From IMG/VR virus record IMGVR_UViG_3300023210_000004: 34,745 nucleotides of DNA. One strand, given 5' to 3'. Below the pieces are notes generated by a model, which ran no database searches, was not told where the DNA came from, and saw nothing but the letters and a program-made list of their open reading frames with translations. Shown here one piece after another: positions 22,501-32,052 of the stretch. A program made the position numbers and the translations under genes. Each line of letters opens with the position of its first letter. Positions within the stretch are counted from its first letter, which is position 1. Origin of the DNA: a virus.

Positions 22501-24808
22501 CAATACAGTTGAAATTGATGTCGTCTTAACAGGAACAGAAGAAGCGGTTGAAGGTTTCGAGTCTATCGGTGAGACTTCGGCGGCAATGGCGGAGCGCTTT
22601 GAAAAGGACAATTCAAAACTTGGTGAAGGTCTTGGAAGCTTGACTGGCAATGTTACTGAAATGGTCGGTTCAGTCAAAGGACTTGGTCAAGCGTTTAAAA
22701 TGAGCGGAACTAGTATGATAGGAATGTTGCCCGCTATTGGTGCAGTGGTAGCGGCGGGGTATGCCTTATATGAAACTTTTCTAAATATATCGGGTGCCGC
22801 TGAAGAGGCGGAGCGGGCTGAAGAAAACATGGCGGCGGCGGCTAGTGACCTACAAAGCAAGCTTGAAGCGCTAGCTGAAAAAGGGGTAATCCCCACTGGT
22901 GAAGAACTCCAAAAGTTCACTGAGATGACTATTAAAGCTCAGTTCGCAAAAGATCAGCTTGAAACAAGCATGACTAACAAAGTCACGCCAGCGATGGAAA
23001 AATATAATGATTTACTATCTGAACAACGCAAGCACCAGCAAGCAGTAGCAAAAGAGACTTTTACCACAAATACAGCTTATCTTGAAGCAACTAGAAGACT
23101 TCCTCAGCTTGACAAGGAACTTGCAAAAGCAAGAGCAAAGCTAACAGAAAAGCTAAAGGGTTATAGAGCTGAACAACACCAGGTAGAGACAGATATAAAA
23201 GCAGCCGCTAAACAAGAACAAGAGTTTGAAGAGCGGAGCACTGAAGCGAGGTTGGCTCTTATAAAAGAGAACAAAGCTAGGCTTGATGCACTTCGACTGA
23301 TGAGTCAGGAAACCACAGAAGCGGAAGAGCAAGTCAAAGCTTTTGCAAGTTTACAGAAAGAGAAGCGAGCTTTATTTGATCTTGAGTTAAAGCGAGCTGA
23401 AGATGACGACAATGAAGAATATATTAAGGATCTTAATGATAGATTAAAAGCAGAGCTTAAAAATCTTAATCAAAGATCAATCATTAAAAAGAGAGGGGTT
23501 AAAGATCGAGAGGACATAAGAGAAGCGGCTAGTCAAAAGAGGGAAGCAGAAGAAGAAAAAGAGCGCTCAAAGAGAATGGCAAGGGCCGCCGCTTATCAAG
23601 CCAAGAGGGCCGCTATTGAAAGACAGAATCAAGCAGAACTAAAAACGATTAGAGAACTAGGTTATCAGCAACTTTCACTTGAGGGGGTTGAGGTTCAAGA
23701 TCTTCTTGAGATGAGATACCAGGACGAACTTAAGCAAGCGGAAAATAACCAAAACTTAAGGCTCATTGCAGAGATGCGCTATCAAAACGCATTAACTAAG
23801 ATTCAAACTGATAAAGAGAAGCAAGATGAGCAGTTAAGGCTTCAAGATGAGCAGGCTGAACAAGATCAACAACAGCGACTAGCTAAACAGCGCCAAAGCT
23901 TCATCGAGTCAACAATGGCGTTTGACGCTCAACGGATAGAAGATCAAACGACTAGAGAACTCGCTTTGCTCGATATACGCTATCAAAAAGAATTTGGTAT
24001 GGCGGAGTATACTCAAGAGCAAATCACCGAGCTTCAACGCAGACAAGCGCTTGAACGTCAAGACATCTTAGATCAGTCGCTTAATGCGAGCATTGAAAAG
24101 ATGAAGGGAATGACTGAAGACCTGGCTAAGACTAGCACCAGCGCAATCTATCAAAGCTTAGTTGATGCGGGCCAATTTGATCTTCAGTTTGAAGAGTTGA
24201 AATATAGTCTTGAGGAGAATGTTGGTAGAGCAAGAGAAGAGATGATCAACGCTCAAGCTTCAAATGACATTCAACTAGTCAGACAAAAAGAAGAAGAGAT
24301 CACAAACATCACTAAGGACTATGAGACACAACGCCAACAGATTAGAGCTCAACAATCTCAAGCCATGCCTTTAATGTTTGGACAGATCTTGAAGGGGCTT
24401 GGCCAAGAGGCCGCCGTTGAATCGATGATGGAAACCGCTAAAGGGATTAGTGCCTTATTTATAGCGCCAGCTTTGGCGGGCAATCACTTTGCGGCCGCTG
24501 GTGTCTTTGCAGGTGCGGCCGCTTTAGCAGGTGCGGCGGGTGCAGGTCTGACAAATAGCGCTAATACTGCCATATCAAGAGCGGGCCGAGGTGGTGGCGG
24601 TGGCGGTGCATTATCTCCCCTTGGAAGTCCACAAACTGCACCAAGTCCACAGCGTGAAGAAGCAGAGACTAGCTCAATGGTTTTCAATATCAACTTCGGT
24701 GGCGCTGTTATATACGATACACAAAGAGCAGCCGAGCAGGCTATGGCTGATAGAATCACAACGCTCCAAAATACTCGCAGACGTGGCTCGCCTCGGAGGT
24801 CTTTCTAA
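22493..24808 (+). CDS. Tape measure protein
   Basis: 771 aa with very long Glu/Lys/Gln/Ala coiled-coil content. The C-terminal region has a hydrophobic Gly/Ala-rich segment (FIAPALAGNHFAAAGVFAGAAALAGAAGAGL) and a Gly tract. It follows the G/GT pair. Confidence 0.85.
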   Translation: MADNTVEIDVVLTGTEEAVEGFESIGETSAAMAERFEKDNSKLGEGLGSLTGNVTEMVGSVKGLGQAFKMSGTSMIGMLPAIGAVVAAGYALYETFLNISGAAEEAERAEENMAAAASDLQSKLEALAEKGVIPTGEELQKFTEMTIKAQFAKDQLETSMTNKVTPAMEKYNDLLSEQRKHQQAVAKETFTTNTAYLEATRRLPQLDKELAKARAKLTEKLKGYRAEQHQVETDIKAAAKQEQEFEERSTEARLALIKENKARLDALRLMSQETTEAEEQVKAFASLQKEKRALFDLELKRAEDDDNEEYIKDLNDRLKAELKNLNQRSIIKKRGVKDREDIREAASQKREAEEEKERSKRMARAAAYQAKRAAIERQNQAELKTIRELGYQQLSLEGVEVQDLLEMRYQDELKQAENNQNLRLIAEMRYQNALTKIQTDKEKQDEQLRLQDEQAEQDQQQRLAKQRQSFIESTMAFDAQRIEDQTTRELALLDIRYQKEFGMAEYTQEQITELQRRQALERQDILDQSLNASIEKMKGMTEDLAKTSTSAIYQSLVDAGQFDLQFEELKYSLEENVGRAREEMINAQASNDIQLVRQKEEEITNITKDYETQRQQIRAQQSQAMPLMFGQILKGLGQEAAVESMMETAKGISALFIAPALAGNHFAAAGVFAGAAALAGAAGAGLTNSANTAISRAGRGGGGGGALSPLGSPQTAPSPQREEAETSSMVFNINFGGAVIYDTQRAAEQAMADRITTLQNTRRRGSPRRSF

Positions 24809-26016
24809 TGCCTTTAAATAATCCCGCTCCACAATTTGGATTACTCACAGCTTGGGACATGACTGGCCAAAGCGGTGTGACTGTATTCTCAAGATCAGGC
24901 GGTGCAAGTGTAGCCTTGCCAACATATGCCAGCGGTCAAGGTCTATATGAGGACACTCTATTCTTCTTGAATGGACGTGGCTCTTCATCTGCTCTTTATG
25001 GGAGCGGTCAACTAATGACAAGCGCCACATTTGGAAGTGTCTCAAGTTGGTCAATAACGATCAATGAAAATGATAGAGTACAGATCAGTTCAGACGTTGA
25101 CTTTGAAGTCACTTTAACAGGCTCAAATGATGCTCTTGGTTTTGGTTCATCAGCCGTTGGCGCTTCTTTTGTCGGTTCGGATTATATAGCTATCGCTCCA
25201 AATGATTGGACAAGAGGCCTCATAGATCTTGATGATGTTACATATAGAATAGATGAGACAGTCGGAGCGTTAACGTTTAACTTCCCAACGATTAAAAGTG
25301 ATGTTCAAGACGTGACCACTTTTATGAGAACAGAGAGTCAAGGTGACAGTGATGACTTTAGTCTTTCATCATTGCAAGCGCTTGATAATACCGCTCAAAG
25401 CTCAACAAATATTAATTGGTCAATCACTGATGATGGTTATACTCAATGCAGATATAAGACAAGCCAAGGCGCTATCACTTGGAGTTCGAGCACCATAAGA
25501 AATCTACTTGGCTTTACAGGTGAAGAGTCACCAGTGGTGGACGGTACTCATGAAAGACTTACTTCAACTCATAAGAATCATGGTGTGTTGATTCCATCAA
25601 GGCCTTATCAATCCCTTCATTTAAGAGTGAATAATGTAGGGCAAAATAGAAGGAAGATCGGTGGCGGTTATGTCTCCAACTTCATCGGCTCTTATGTGAC
25701 TTCAGTTTTAACTTTTGATCTTGATGCTCTTCTTGACTTAGTAGATGATTATAGACACTTTGCAGACAAGCTTCTTCCATTAGTTGCACCAGGTGAGCGA
25801 ATAAACTTTTATCAAGGCTGGGGTGACTCAAGAAGAGCGCTGATTACTTCAGACATTGCAGGTACTCAAAAGGCTTATGACTTGCTTTATACTTCTGAAG
25901 ATAACGGAAGCTATGGAAGAGTAAGAGGCTCTTTGACAAATGCAGATTATGACCTAGCCTATCCTTCTCGACTAAGAAGAAGAGTTCCTGTGAGTGTGGA
26001 GATTGAACACCTATGA
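24808..26016 (+). CDS. Tail tip protein (distal-tail-protein position)
   Basis: It is the first gene after the tape measure, with an overlapping TAATG start. No motif was recognised. Confidence 0.4.
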   Translation: MPLNNPAPQFGLLTAWDMTGQSGVTVFSRSGGASVALPTYASGQGLYEDTLFFLNGRGSSSALYGSGQLMTSATFGSVSSWSITINENDRVQISSDVDFEVTLTGSNDALGFGSSAVGASFVGSDYIAIAPNDWTRGLIDLDDVTYRIDETVGALTFNFPTIKSDVQDVTTFMRTESQGDSDDFSLSSLQALDNTAQSSTNINWSITDDGYTQCRYKTSQGAITWSSSTIRNLLGFTGEESPVVDGTHERLTSTHKNHGVLIPSRPYQSLHLRVNNVGQNRRKIGGGYVSNFIGSYVTSVLTFDLDALLDLVDDYRHFADKLLPLVAPGERINFYQGWGDSRRALITSDIAGTQKAYDLLYTSEDNGSYGRVRGSLTNADYDLAYPSRLRRRVPVSVEIEHL

Positions 26017-27074
26017 GTAATTCATACACATCACCACCAGCCTTGGTTGATCCTGCAAGAGTGACCGCTTCTCAAACATTAAGAGCCACCGAGATCGCTA
26101 GGCTTGGAGATCTACAAAACTATTGTTTTGGTGTAGGCGGTTGTGGCGATGTGGTTAATCAAGCTTGGGACGCTGAAGCCTTAAGAGTAGATACCACAAC
26201 GCTAACAGATGTATGTGAGTGGTATATCCCAAGACCGAGTAATGAGCATAATACTTTCAAGTTTAGAGTAGCCTCACATACTACGGTGGCCACTGGTAAA
26301 GTTGGTGTTAAGATCACCTTCCCTTTGTCGGGAAATACTTACTCCACAACTGCAACAGTGACAGACTCAACTAGGTTCGCCACTGCATTTGATGAGATGA
26401 CTATTAATGTCACAGCTCCTGAGAATGAACTAGTTTGCAAATGCACTCTTCAAGTCTTTGTTGTCTCAGGCTATGTTGAGCTTGCTTTAGTTGAAGGCCG
26501 TTGGAGTCCATTAAGTTCTCCACTGTCAGCGGGTTCACTCGGCCAAGGATCAGACTCATTTATCCCTCAAGGCGTTAACCGATTAGCCGCTGATCTTCCA
26601 TTGTCTGCTCGCTTTGGCGTTAACACGCTAAACAATATTACGACACTAAGAAAGCGAGGCCGAACTTTGTTCCAATGGTCGGGCGCTTTCACATCAATGC
26701 CCTTAAACTTTCCCGCCAAAGGACTTGGCTTATTCGATCCACAAGCGATGTATTCAATAGTAGCGTTGTATGGTGGCATGAATCAACTCGCTGACCTTGA
26801 TGTTGATATATTCATTAACGTTGAGAACTATGTAAGCGGGACTGTTTACCTTGATGTGTTTGGCCACCGCTTGACCATAGCGGTCAATGGTTGGAATAGT
26901 TATGGCGTAACGTTAAGGGCTCAAGAGCTGAGTCAAAGCAATGAGTTTAAGCTGTCAGTTTATAGAGTGGGACTTGAAGCGACCTCTAACAATAGTAGTG
27001 TATTATTAAGTCAAGACAACTTGATCACAAGTAGTCCTGTTTATATTAAAGGCTTGTCAATCATAGGAGTTTAA
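26013..27074 (+). CDS. Tail tip / baseplate-like protein
   Basis: Synteny only. Overlapping ATGA start. Confidence 0.35.
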   Translation: MSNSYTSPPALVDPARVTASQTLRATEIARLGDLQNYCFGVGGCGDVVNQAWDAEALRVDTTTLTDVCEWYIPRPSNEHNTFKFRVASHTTVATGKVGVKITFPLSGNTYSTTATVTDSTRFATAFDEMTINVTAPENELVCKCTLQVFVVSGYVELALVEGRWSPLSSPLSAGSLGQGSDSFIPQGVNRLAADLPLSARFGVNTLNNITTLRKRGRTLFQWSGAFTSMPLNFPAKGLGLFDPQAMYSIVALYGGMNQLADLDVDIFINVENYVSGTVYLDVFGHRLTIAVNGWNSYGVTLRAQELSQSNEFKLSVYRVGLEATSNNSSVLLSQDNLITSSPVYIKGLSIIGV

Positions 27075-27695
27075 ATGCTAATACCTACAGGATATGCAAA
27101 GCTACCAAGCGTTGATGGTTGCTATAATAATCAAATTCTATTTGGTGGTACTGTTAGCCAGTTATCAAGCGCCATATCACAGTTATCAAACTGTAAGTTC
27201 TTAAATGAAGCTCATTATCACTTAGGACAGCAAGTTAATCCACCAATAGGCGGCATGATTGCTTTAGGTCTTGGGCCAAGTGGCAGCGTCAAGGCAAGTG
27301 CAATATACAACTTTCTATACCAAACTTCACCGCTATCAAGTCACATCGCTTTAATCATTCAATATAGAGCGAGTAACTTTGAGTTTGCTACTGTCTTCAT
27401 TGATGTTGATCTTAGAGCGACAGGATCAAATAGCTACACTGGCACTATGCTTGATTACGGTATTCGGTTTGAAGAGGGCGTTGATCTTGAACATGATAGT
27501 GACAATCTAAGTCAAGCGTTTACAGGTAGCGAGCTGATCAGCGCACCAACTAACACAACGCCCGAACCGCCAAGACCGCTTTATGTACCAAGCGTTAATC
27601 GTGGCGAGCTTGTCAATCTAGTCATAGAGACAAGTCAAGCCTTGATCGCTACTGTCCATATATATGACTTACTAATTCCACAGGTGACACCATGA
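27075..27695 (+). CDS. Tail tip protein
   Basis: Synteny only. Confidence 0.3.
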   Translation: MLIPTGYAKLPSVDGCYNNQILFGGTVSQLSSAISQLSNCKFLNEAHYHLGQQVNPPIGGMIALGLGPSGSVKASAIYNFLYQTSPLSSHIALIIQYRASNFEFATVFIDVDLRATGSNSYTGTMLDYGIRFEEGVDLEHDSDNLSQAFTGSELISAPTNTTPEPPRPLYVPSVNRGELVNLVIETSQALIATVHIYDLLIPQVTP

Positions 27696-30600
27696 CAATC
27701 TCAAGAGAACATGGAAGAAGAGTCTTTGCTTTACAAGTAGCAGGCCTTGAATATCGCTATCATAGCACCACGCCACCTTCATCAACCAACCTTGATTCAA
27801 CGGTGGCCACAACTATCAACTATGTTGACAGAGAAGGCATTATCTCAGTAGGTGCTTTCTCAGCTTCTGTTGATCCTAGCGGTGGCGTGGGTCAATACTC
27901 GCCTTTGAGTGTAACTCTTCAGATTGATAAGCGAGCAAACAGCGGTGACCCTGGCGTTATCTTTGGACGATGTGGCATAAGAAGCGCTACGACTAAAGCA
28001 CAGCTAACAGAAAGCATAAATCGAAGTGATATCATTATCAAAGTTGGTACTGATCTCACAAGTTTATCCTATCCGAGATTGATGCATATTGGCGGTGAAA
28101 CTTTACGCATAGCAAGCGCTATCTCAACTCGAATATTTGCGACCAGTGGGCGGGGTGTCGGTGGCACTACTCCACAAGGTCACTCGATAGATCTTGAAGG
28201 CTCAATCGTTCCTGAAGTCACTACTGAAATCACTACATTTAGAGGACGTAAAGCGAAACTCTTTGGTGCTCATCAATATCCCGATGGATCTGTCAGTGAT
28301 TATGTTGAAGTCATGAACGGCTTTATCGAGCAAAGTCCAACCATCGAAGAAGGTGATACCATCTCTCTTTCTATCGTGCCATTGACAGCATTGATTGATA
28401 CTGATCTTACTGACAAGATTAATCAAACAAGGTTGCTTCAAGGGTATCACTATTATGATGGCCGATATGGTAGCGTCTTAGAATACGCTTTGGCATTGAA
28501 TGTTGATGAATATAGCAATCCACCAATACTTACAACGGACACCACTGCACCAATCACCGCTTCAACCTTCCAGCTTACTGTTATATCTAATCGTGGTTTT
28601 CAGAATCTACTTGATGACTTCGACACTTCATTAGCGGCGGGGGCTGCTAAAGATGACTTTATACATGAGCATCCAAGATATCCAAGATTGAGAAGATCAC
28701 AAGATGACAGACTAGAGAATGATTCTGTTTATGCGACTACTACCACTTATAATTCAAGCCTACCTGGTTATGTGATTAATGCTGACTCTTCACCGAGCGA
28801 TGCTTTAACAGCTGTCGAAATCACTGCTACTGATCAGTTCATTCTTAACTTGCCAAGACATGAGATTAAACGTCATAGTCTTGGAAACGCTGAAGTCAAA
28901 CAATGGCCAAATGTAATCAATGATACATTAGAGTCAAGCGGGCCAAGTAATACTCAAGGCGCAAGCGGTGGCTTTGCTCGATGGCGAATCAATGCAGACA
29001 ATATTATAAGAGTCAGCAAACTAAGCGCTTCACCCTTTGCCGCTGAACTTCAACTTTGGTCACACTCCTATCAGTTTAGAGCACGTCAAAGAGTACTAGT
29101 TGAAAGTGGAAATGCTAGAGCTTGCAGACATTGGAGCGATTCGGGAACTGACTTGGCCCTTGATGACCTGTCAAGATTATCTTATCCGATTGATATAGCT
29201 GGTGAGACAAGCACCAATCCAAATGAATACTATGACTCTCCAAGAGGCGCGGGTCAGCTCGCTTTGATCACTAGCAATAATAGAAGAGTTAATGCTTCAT
29301 ATCAGCTTAGAGACTTAGCAAAAGCATACTATCAACTTTATGAAAGCGTGATCTTAGTTGAGAACTCCCTAGGCTTACCAACTTCAGCAACTGCAAATAC
29401 AACCTTTGATGTCATCATCATGTATTATGATAGATCAACCGAGACAACTAAGCGCCAACCTTTCAAAGTCACTCATGAAACAACGGCGACATTTGATGGG
29501 AGTGATGTTGGTATTCTCTTACATGTTGATGATACGAGCGAATTTTCACAGCTTGTCAGTTTTGCAGATTGGACGGACTCAGAGAGAGTATTAATATTTA
29601 GAGGATCATCATTCATTGAGGAAAGACCTGGCCAAGCTTTGCTTAAGTTGCTCGAAAGTGGTGGCGGTGATCAGATCAATGGAACTTATGACACTCTCGG
29701 CCTTGGCTTAAACATCAACTCGGCTGATATTGATGAAGAGAGTTTCTTGGCAATGGATACCGCTTGCCCTTTTCTATTGTCTGATCAGTTCGCTGGCGAT
29801 GGTTCAGACCTTAAGGGTATCTTTGACAATCTATTGAAGCTTATGGGAGCGGTATTGGTGATGAAGCGTGATTCATCGACTGGCAAAAGTAGGATAAGTC
29901 TTCAGCCAGTTGGATCGGAAAGAGCAGCGGATGCAAGCGCCACCATCTTAGCTGGGGATTGGCTAACTGATCCCGCTCCACACTGGGACATCTATGAAGA
30001 CATTGTCACTCAAATCAAATATGAGTTTGACTATTCACCTGAAGAAGACAGTTATCTAAGTGAAGTGATCTTTAACAATCAAGAAGCTATCAATAGATAT
30101 GGCGGTGAGAGTTCAAAGATCACATTGACCTTACCTGGTGTTAGCTCAGAACAGTTTGGTAGAAATGCAGGTGATAACTTTAGTTACTTCTTGCCAAGTT
30201 CTGACCGCTTATTCAACTTACTATCCAATCCATTAAGAGCGTGGCGGGGTTCAATCGGGACTGGGCCAAGTGCTTTCCTTGATGTTGGGTCATATGTTAA
30301 AGTCAGCTCGCCACACCTTAGAGGATATGGTGATTCTTATGGCGTGGTCGATGGTGTCGGTATGATTCGAGCAATCAACCAGGAACTCATGAGTGAAGGT
30401 TGTGAACTTGAGATCTTGACCACTGGCTTAAGTCCTGTAGCTTGGAACGCCACCGCCCAAGTCGCTTCGATTCCAACGTCTACAACTGTCATAGTCTCAG
30501 AAGATGAATTCAGCGGGTCAAGTGTCGATGATGTGAGCTTCTTTCAAGCGGGCGATGTAGTTGATTATCTACCTCTTGGAGATCATGACAATGCAATCAC

Positions 30601-30790
30601 AGGCCTCACGATTCAAAGCATAAGTACAAACACTGTTACCTTCACTGGTGCACATGGCATAAGTGCAAGCGGTGGCACACTTGAATCAACTACTTATGCA
30701 AACGCCAGCGCAACTCACAGACTCGATGCATATTTAGCAAATGCTTCAAATGTGATAAACTCAAATGTAACAGCACAGGAGTTCAGTTGA
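27692..30790 (+). CDS. Large tail tip / central fibre protein (host-specificity gpJ-like role)
   Basis: 1032 aa, the largest single-copy structural protein, and the last of the tip cluster. Overlapping ATGA start. Confidence 0.5.
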   Translation: MTISREHGRRVFALQVAGLEYRYHSTTPPSSTNLDSTVATTINYVDREGIISVGAFSASVDPSGGVGQYSPLSVTLQIDKRANSGDPGVIFGRCGIRSATTKAQLTESINRSDIIIKVGTDLTSLSYPRLMHIGGETLRIASAISTRIFATSGRGVGGTTPQGHSIDLEGSIVPEVTTEITTFRGRKAKLFGAHQYPDGSVSDYVEVMNGFIEQSPTIEEGDTISLSIVPLTALIDTDLTDKINQTRLLQGYHYYDGRYGSVLEYALALNVDEYSNPPILTTDTTAPITASTFQLTVISNRGFQNLLDDFDTSLAAGAAKDDFIHEHPRYPRLRRSQDDRLENDSVYATTTTYNSSLPGYVINADSSPSDALTAVEITATDQFILNLPRHEIKRHSLGNAEVKQWPNVINDTLESSGPSNTQGASGGFARWRINADNIIRVSKLSASPFAAELQLWSHSYQFRARQRVLVESGNARACRHWSDSGTDLALDDLSRLSYPIDIAGETSTNPNEYYDSPRGAGQLALITSNNRRVNASYQLRDLAKAYYQLYESVILVENSLGLPTSATANTTFDVIIMYYDRSTETTKRQPFKVTHETTATFDGSDVGILLHVDDTSEFSQLVSFADWTDSERVLIFRGSSFIEERPGQALLKLLESGGGDQINGTYDTLGLGLNINSADIDEESFLAMDTACPFLLSDQFAGDGSDLKGIFDNLLKLMGAVLVMKRDSSTGKSRISLQPVGSERAADASATILAGDWLTDPAPHWDIYEDIVTQIKYEFDYSPEEDSYLSEVIFNNQEAINRYGGESSKITLTLPGVSSEQFGRNAGDNFSYFLPSSDRLFNLLSNPLRAWRGSIGTGPSAFLDVGSYVKVSSPHLRGYGDSYGVVDGVGMIRAINQELMSEGCELEILTTGLSPVAWNATAQVASIPTSTTVIVSEDEFSGSSVDDVSFFQAGDVVDYLPLGDHDNAITGLTIQSISTNTVTFTGAHGISASGGTLESTTYANASATHRLDAYLANASNVINSNVTAQEFS

Positions 30791-31455
30791 TGCCAACCAA
30801 AGCAGACCTTGAAAACAAAATAAACGATCTAAAACATGACATTAGAAGGCTCGAAAGAATCTTAAATCAAGCTCGTCTTGAGATTGCAGATCTTCCATCC
30901 ATTGCTTTTCTACCGCCACAACTAGCGCCACATCTTGACCCCAAATCAAGAGGCGCAATCAATCGAGCACGTCAAGAACTTGATAGCGTTGTGATTGATC
31001 CTTGTGAGCGAATCAATACATACATTAAAAGCATGGAGGGGATCGGGTGGACTTGGGAAAGTGACTACATAAAGAATGGTCAGTTTGCCTGGTGTGGCGC
31101 TTTCGCTGCTTTCTGTTATACAACTGTGAGCTTTCCAATACGTCAAAAGATCTTCCCTTCTTGCTATCGGATGTACAAAGCATGGTCACAATCATCAAGA
31201 CGTATCGAGCCCGCCAAGGTTTCACCAGGTGATATAGTTGTGGTCTTCACTTCAAAGCGATCAATGCAGGGTGATCACATTGCGCTTTGTATTGATGCTT
31301 CAACAGTGGGAGAAGGCTACATCACAACCATTGAAGGCAATGCTCATGGTGAGCTTGGTAATGGTGATCAAGGTGAAGGTGTCATCACTCGACAAAGAAC
31401 ACTCAATGAGTTTGCTCACGTCTATAGATTACTAAGTAGTGACTTCGATGAATGA
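30790..31455 (+). CDS. CHAP/NlpC-P60-type peptidoglycan hydrolase with an N-terminal coiled coil (endolysin or tail-associated lysin)
   Basis: Catalytic Cys context GQFAWCGAFAAFCY, His context GDHIALC, and the TIEGN motif typical of CHAP-type amidases/peptidases. The N-terminus DLENKINDLKHDIRRLERILNQARLEI is coiled coil. ATG 30790 overlaps the upstream TGA. Confidence 0.7.
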   Translation: MPTKADLENKINDLKHDIRRLERILNQARLEIADLPSIAFLPPQLAPHLDPKSRGAINRARQELDSVVIDPCERINTYIKSMEGIGWTWESDYIKNGQFAWCGAFAAFCYTTVSFPIRQKIFPSCYRMYKAWSQSSRRIEPAKVSPGDIVVVFTSKRSMQGDHIALCIDASTVGEGYITTIEGNAHGELGNGDQGEGVITRQRTLNEFAHVYRLLSSDFDE

Positions 31456-31663
31456 GAAACAAACATTACTTGATAAAGCGGGCGGGCGTAAGGCCACCGC
31501 TTTCTATGCGACTCTTGCAAGCTGTCTACTTTTGGCGCTTCTTGATAAAGCACATAGTGAAGTCCTTGGATTAATAGATACGCTCTTCTTTATTTATGCG
31601 GGCGCTAACGTCATGAGTAAGCGGCCAATACTCACACCAACAAAAGGAAAAGAAAATGAGTAA
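31448..31663 (+). CDS. Holin-like small membrane protein (two TM segments)
   Basis: ATAFYATLASCLLLALL and VLGLIDTLFFIYAGANVM, with a charged C-terminus KRPILTPTKGKENE. It lies next to the hydrolase gene. The ORF is also open from GTG 31439. Confidence 0.5.
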   Translation: MNEKQTLLDKAGGRKATAFYATLASCLLLALLDKAHSEVLGLIDTLFFIYAGANVMSKRPILTPTKGKENE

Positions 31664-32042
31664 ACTTGGAGTACAAGACCCGATCACAGCGGGCCAACTT
31701 ATGGGATCATATAACGCTTCATCAGTATCAGATACGGATTGGCACACCCTCACTTCAGATGACTTCTATGATGCTGTCAGTGGAACACAAATCACTGATG
31801 GTCTACAGTTCGCTTATCTTAATGTGACTAGCTCATCTACATCAACACTCTCATTTGTTAAGCCAAGGGCGGCCGCTGGTGCTGGCGATGGCAAGACAAA
31901 TACCGATGGTGTCATTCCTGTATTCGGTCGCTTTGAAGTTGACCTTCAAGCTCTTCAAGCGGGTTCATCCATCTCATCAATTGCTTATGCCAAAGGTGCA
32001 ATCGGCGACAGCGTTGTAATCATCGCTGGCTTTAATCGGTAA
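31656..32042 (+). CDS. Hypothetical protein preceding the tail fibre
   Basis: 128-aa ORF that is tightly packed. No motif was recognised. Confidence 0.45.
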   Translation: MSKLGVQDPITAGQLMGSYNASSVSDTDWHTLTSDDFYDAVSGTQITDGLQFAYLNVTSSSTSTLSFVKPRAAAGAGDGKTNTDGVIPVFGRFEVDLQALQAGSSISSIAYAKGAIGDSVVIIAGFNR

Positions 32043-32052
32043 GGAGTGAATC

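Noticed and set aside
22292-22677. The - strand ORFs 22292..22477 and 22408..22677
   Set aside because: They are antisense to the GT extension and to the start of the tape measure gene. They lack an SD and have low-complexity composition, which is typical of shadow ORFs.
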